A program made the position numbers and the translations under genes. A DNA stretch of 42,539 bases from Hydrurus foetidus. Its lineage: Eukaryota. The notes under the pieces are model-generated. The model did no database searches, was not told the origin of the DNA, and saw nothing but the letters and a program-made list of their open reading frames with translations. Below, piece after piece: positions 41,670 through 42,539 of this stretch. Where the stretch lies: NCBI GenBank assembly GCA_900617105.1, contig UYFQ01000065.1:1-42539 (forward strand), written 5' to 3'. Each line of letters starts with the position of its first letter. Position 1 is the stretch's first letter.

Positions 41670-42033
41670 GTTCCCCAGGAACGACCTACACATTATCTTT
41701 TGAAGATTCCTCCTCATTTTTACAACGTTACGTTGCTTTTCAGGAGGTTTAGTCAGTAAAATCTGACATAAATGTGTAGGGAACACTTAGTTACAACACA
41801 TCTAGGCACTCTTTGTTTCTCACTTTCCATCTCTCATGTACAAATATCTGTATTTATCACATTTATTTAACTGATTTTTTTTTATTCTTTTTCGTTACCT
41901 TTTTCAGCATTTTTCTTTCTCACACTTGAGTCATATTTGTTTTGTTACACACTGTAGCTAGAGACTCACCAAAGAGAGAGAGGGAGAGGGAGAGGGAGAG
42001 AGAAATGAGAAAACGAGAGATAAGTAGGGGTAG

Positions 42034-42240
42034 TGTGGCTCCCTCAGGGTCTGCTACCCCATTCAGCCGATTAGATGCTGTTTCCACCTTAGTACCTTCG
42101 TGTTCACAGCCACGACTATCAGTCACTAGCTAGTTTGTGCTGCTTTGCAGAAGTTACTAGCGTACCTTCTGCCTCCACCCTAACTAACTAGCTCCTTTTA
42201 GCCTTTAGATTTCCCTTCTCTTTTGCCTTCCAAGGTCACA
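42034..42240 (+). repeat. 3' LTR of Gypsy-A (207 bp)
   Basis: Direct repeat of 26851-27058, preceded by PPT and a GA-rich tract. Confidence 0.96.
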
Positions 42241-42241
42241 C

Positions 42242-42538
42242 CACGAGAAAACGACTGGATACTCGATTGGATCCTGTGCCGCGTTTCTTCATGACGAGTT
42301 TCCTGACAGCGCTATTAATTGTGCCGCTTCATCATCACGATTGAGCATGTTTTTAGTCCATGATATCAAGAGCTTGCAATATGTCTGTATTGTCAAGGCC
42401 GGTCTGGCTGTTTGCGGCGAACAAGAAATGAAGAAAAAGGAAATCGAGAAGGAAATCTTCGAAGAATTCACGATGGCGGTGAATGTCCTTCAGTTATCTC
42501 TCGAAATCCAGGGAATCAACAGAGAAATCCTTCTCCGC
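42242..42538 (+). other. Open reading frame fragment of unknown function running off the window edge
   Basis: About 99 stop-free codons (HEKTTGYSIGSCAAFLHDEFPD...QGINREILLR) starting at the LTR boundary; unrelated to copia pol. Confidence 0.4.
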
Positions 42539-42539
42539 T

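Larger units (their letters stand above)
26851..42240 (+). mobile_element. Gypsy-A chromodomain Ty3/gypsy element, interrupted by Gypsy-B
   Basis: LTRs 26851-27058 and 42034-42240; PPT AAGTAGGGGTAG 42022-42033; gag-PR-RT-RH-IN-chromo order; flanks do not match (CCCAT vs CCACG). Confidence 0.93.

Overview
Eukaryotic genomic window. The host is probably a stramenopile/ochrophyte alga, inferred from gene and transposon types. From left to right: three short inverted-repeat elements (MITE-like, ~1.1-1.9 kb); a 5.8 kb Zator-like DNA transposon with 31-bp TIRs, a CTG target duplication and a damaged multi-exon transposase carrying an intronic (TATGTG)n array; four intron-containing host genes (BAF-like HhH protein, complex I subunit NDUFA8, flavin-containing monooxygenase, SGNH/GDSL hydrolase); and a 25 kb LTR-retrotransposon nest. 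The nest holds one complete Ty1/copia element with identical LTRs, a Myb/SANT-like ORF, a second truncated copia, and two nested chromodomain Ty3/gypsy elements. None of the four LTR elements has a tRNA-type (TGG...) primer-binding site. Both copias instead have a PBS complementary to a 10-11 nt segment of their own LTR, with a compensatory base change between the two (self-priming geometry). Both gypsies instead have a perfect 12-nt palindrome at the PBS position, different in sequence but identical in register, suggesting an undescribed dimer-based priming mode. The copias also share a G_GTA_AAC_TAA gag/pol junction consistent with -1 frameshifting. Many single-base frameshifts in homopolymers look like long-read errors.
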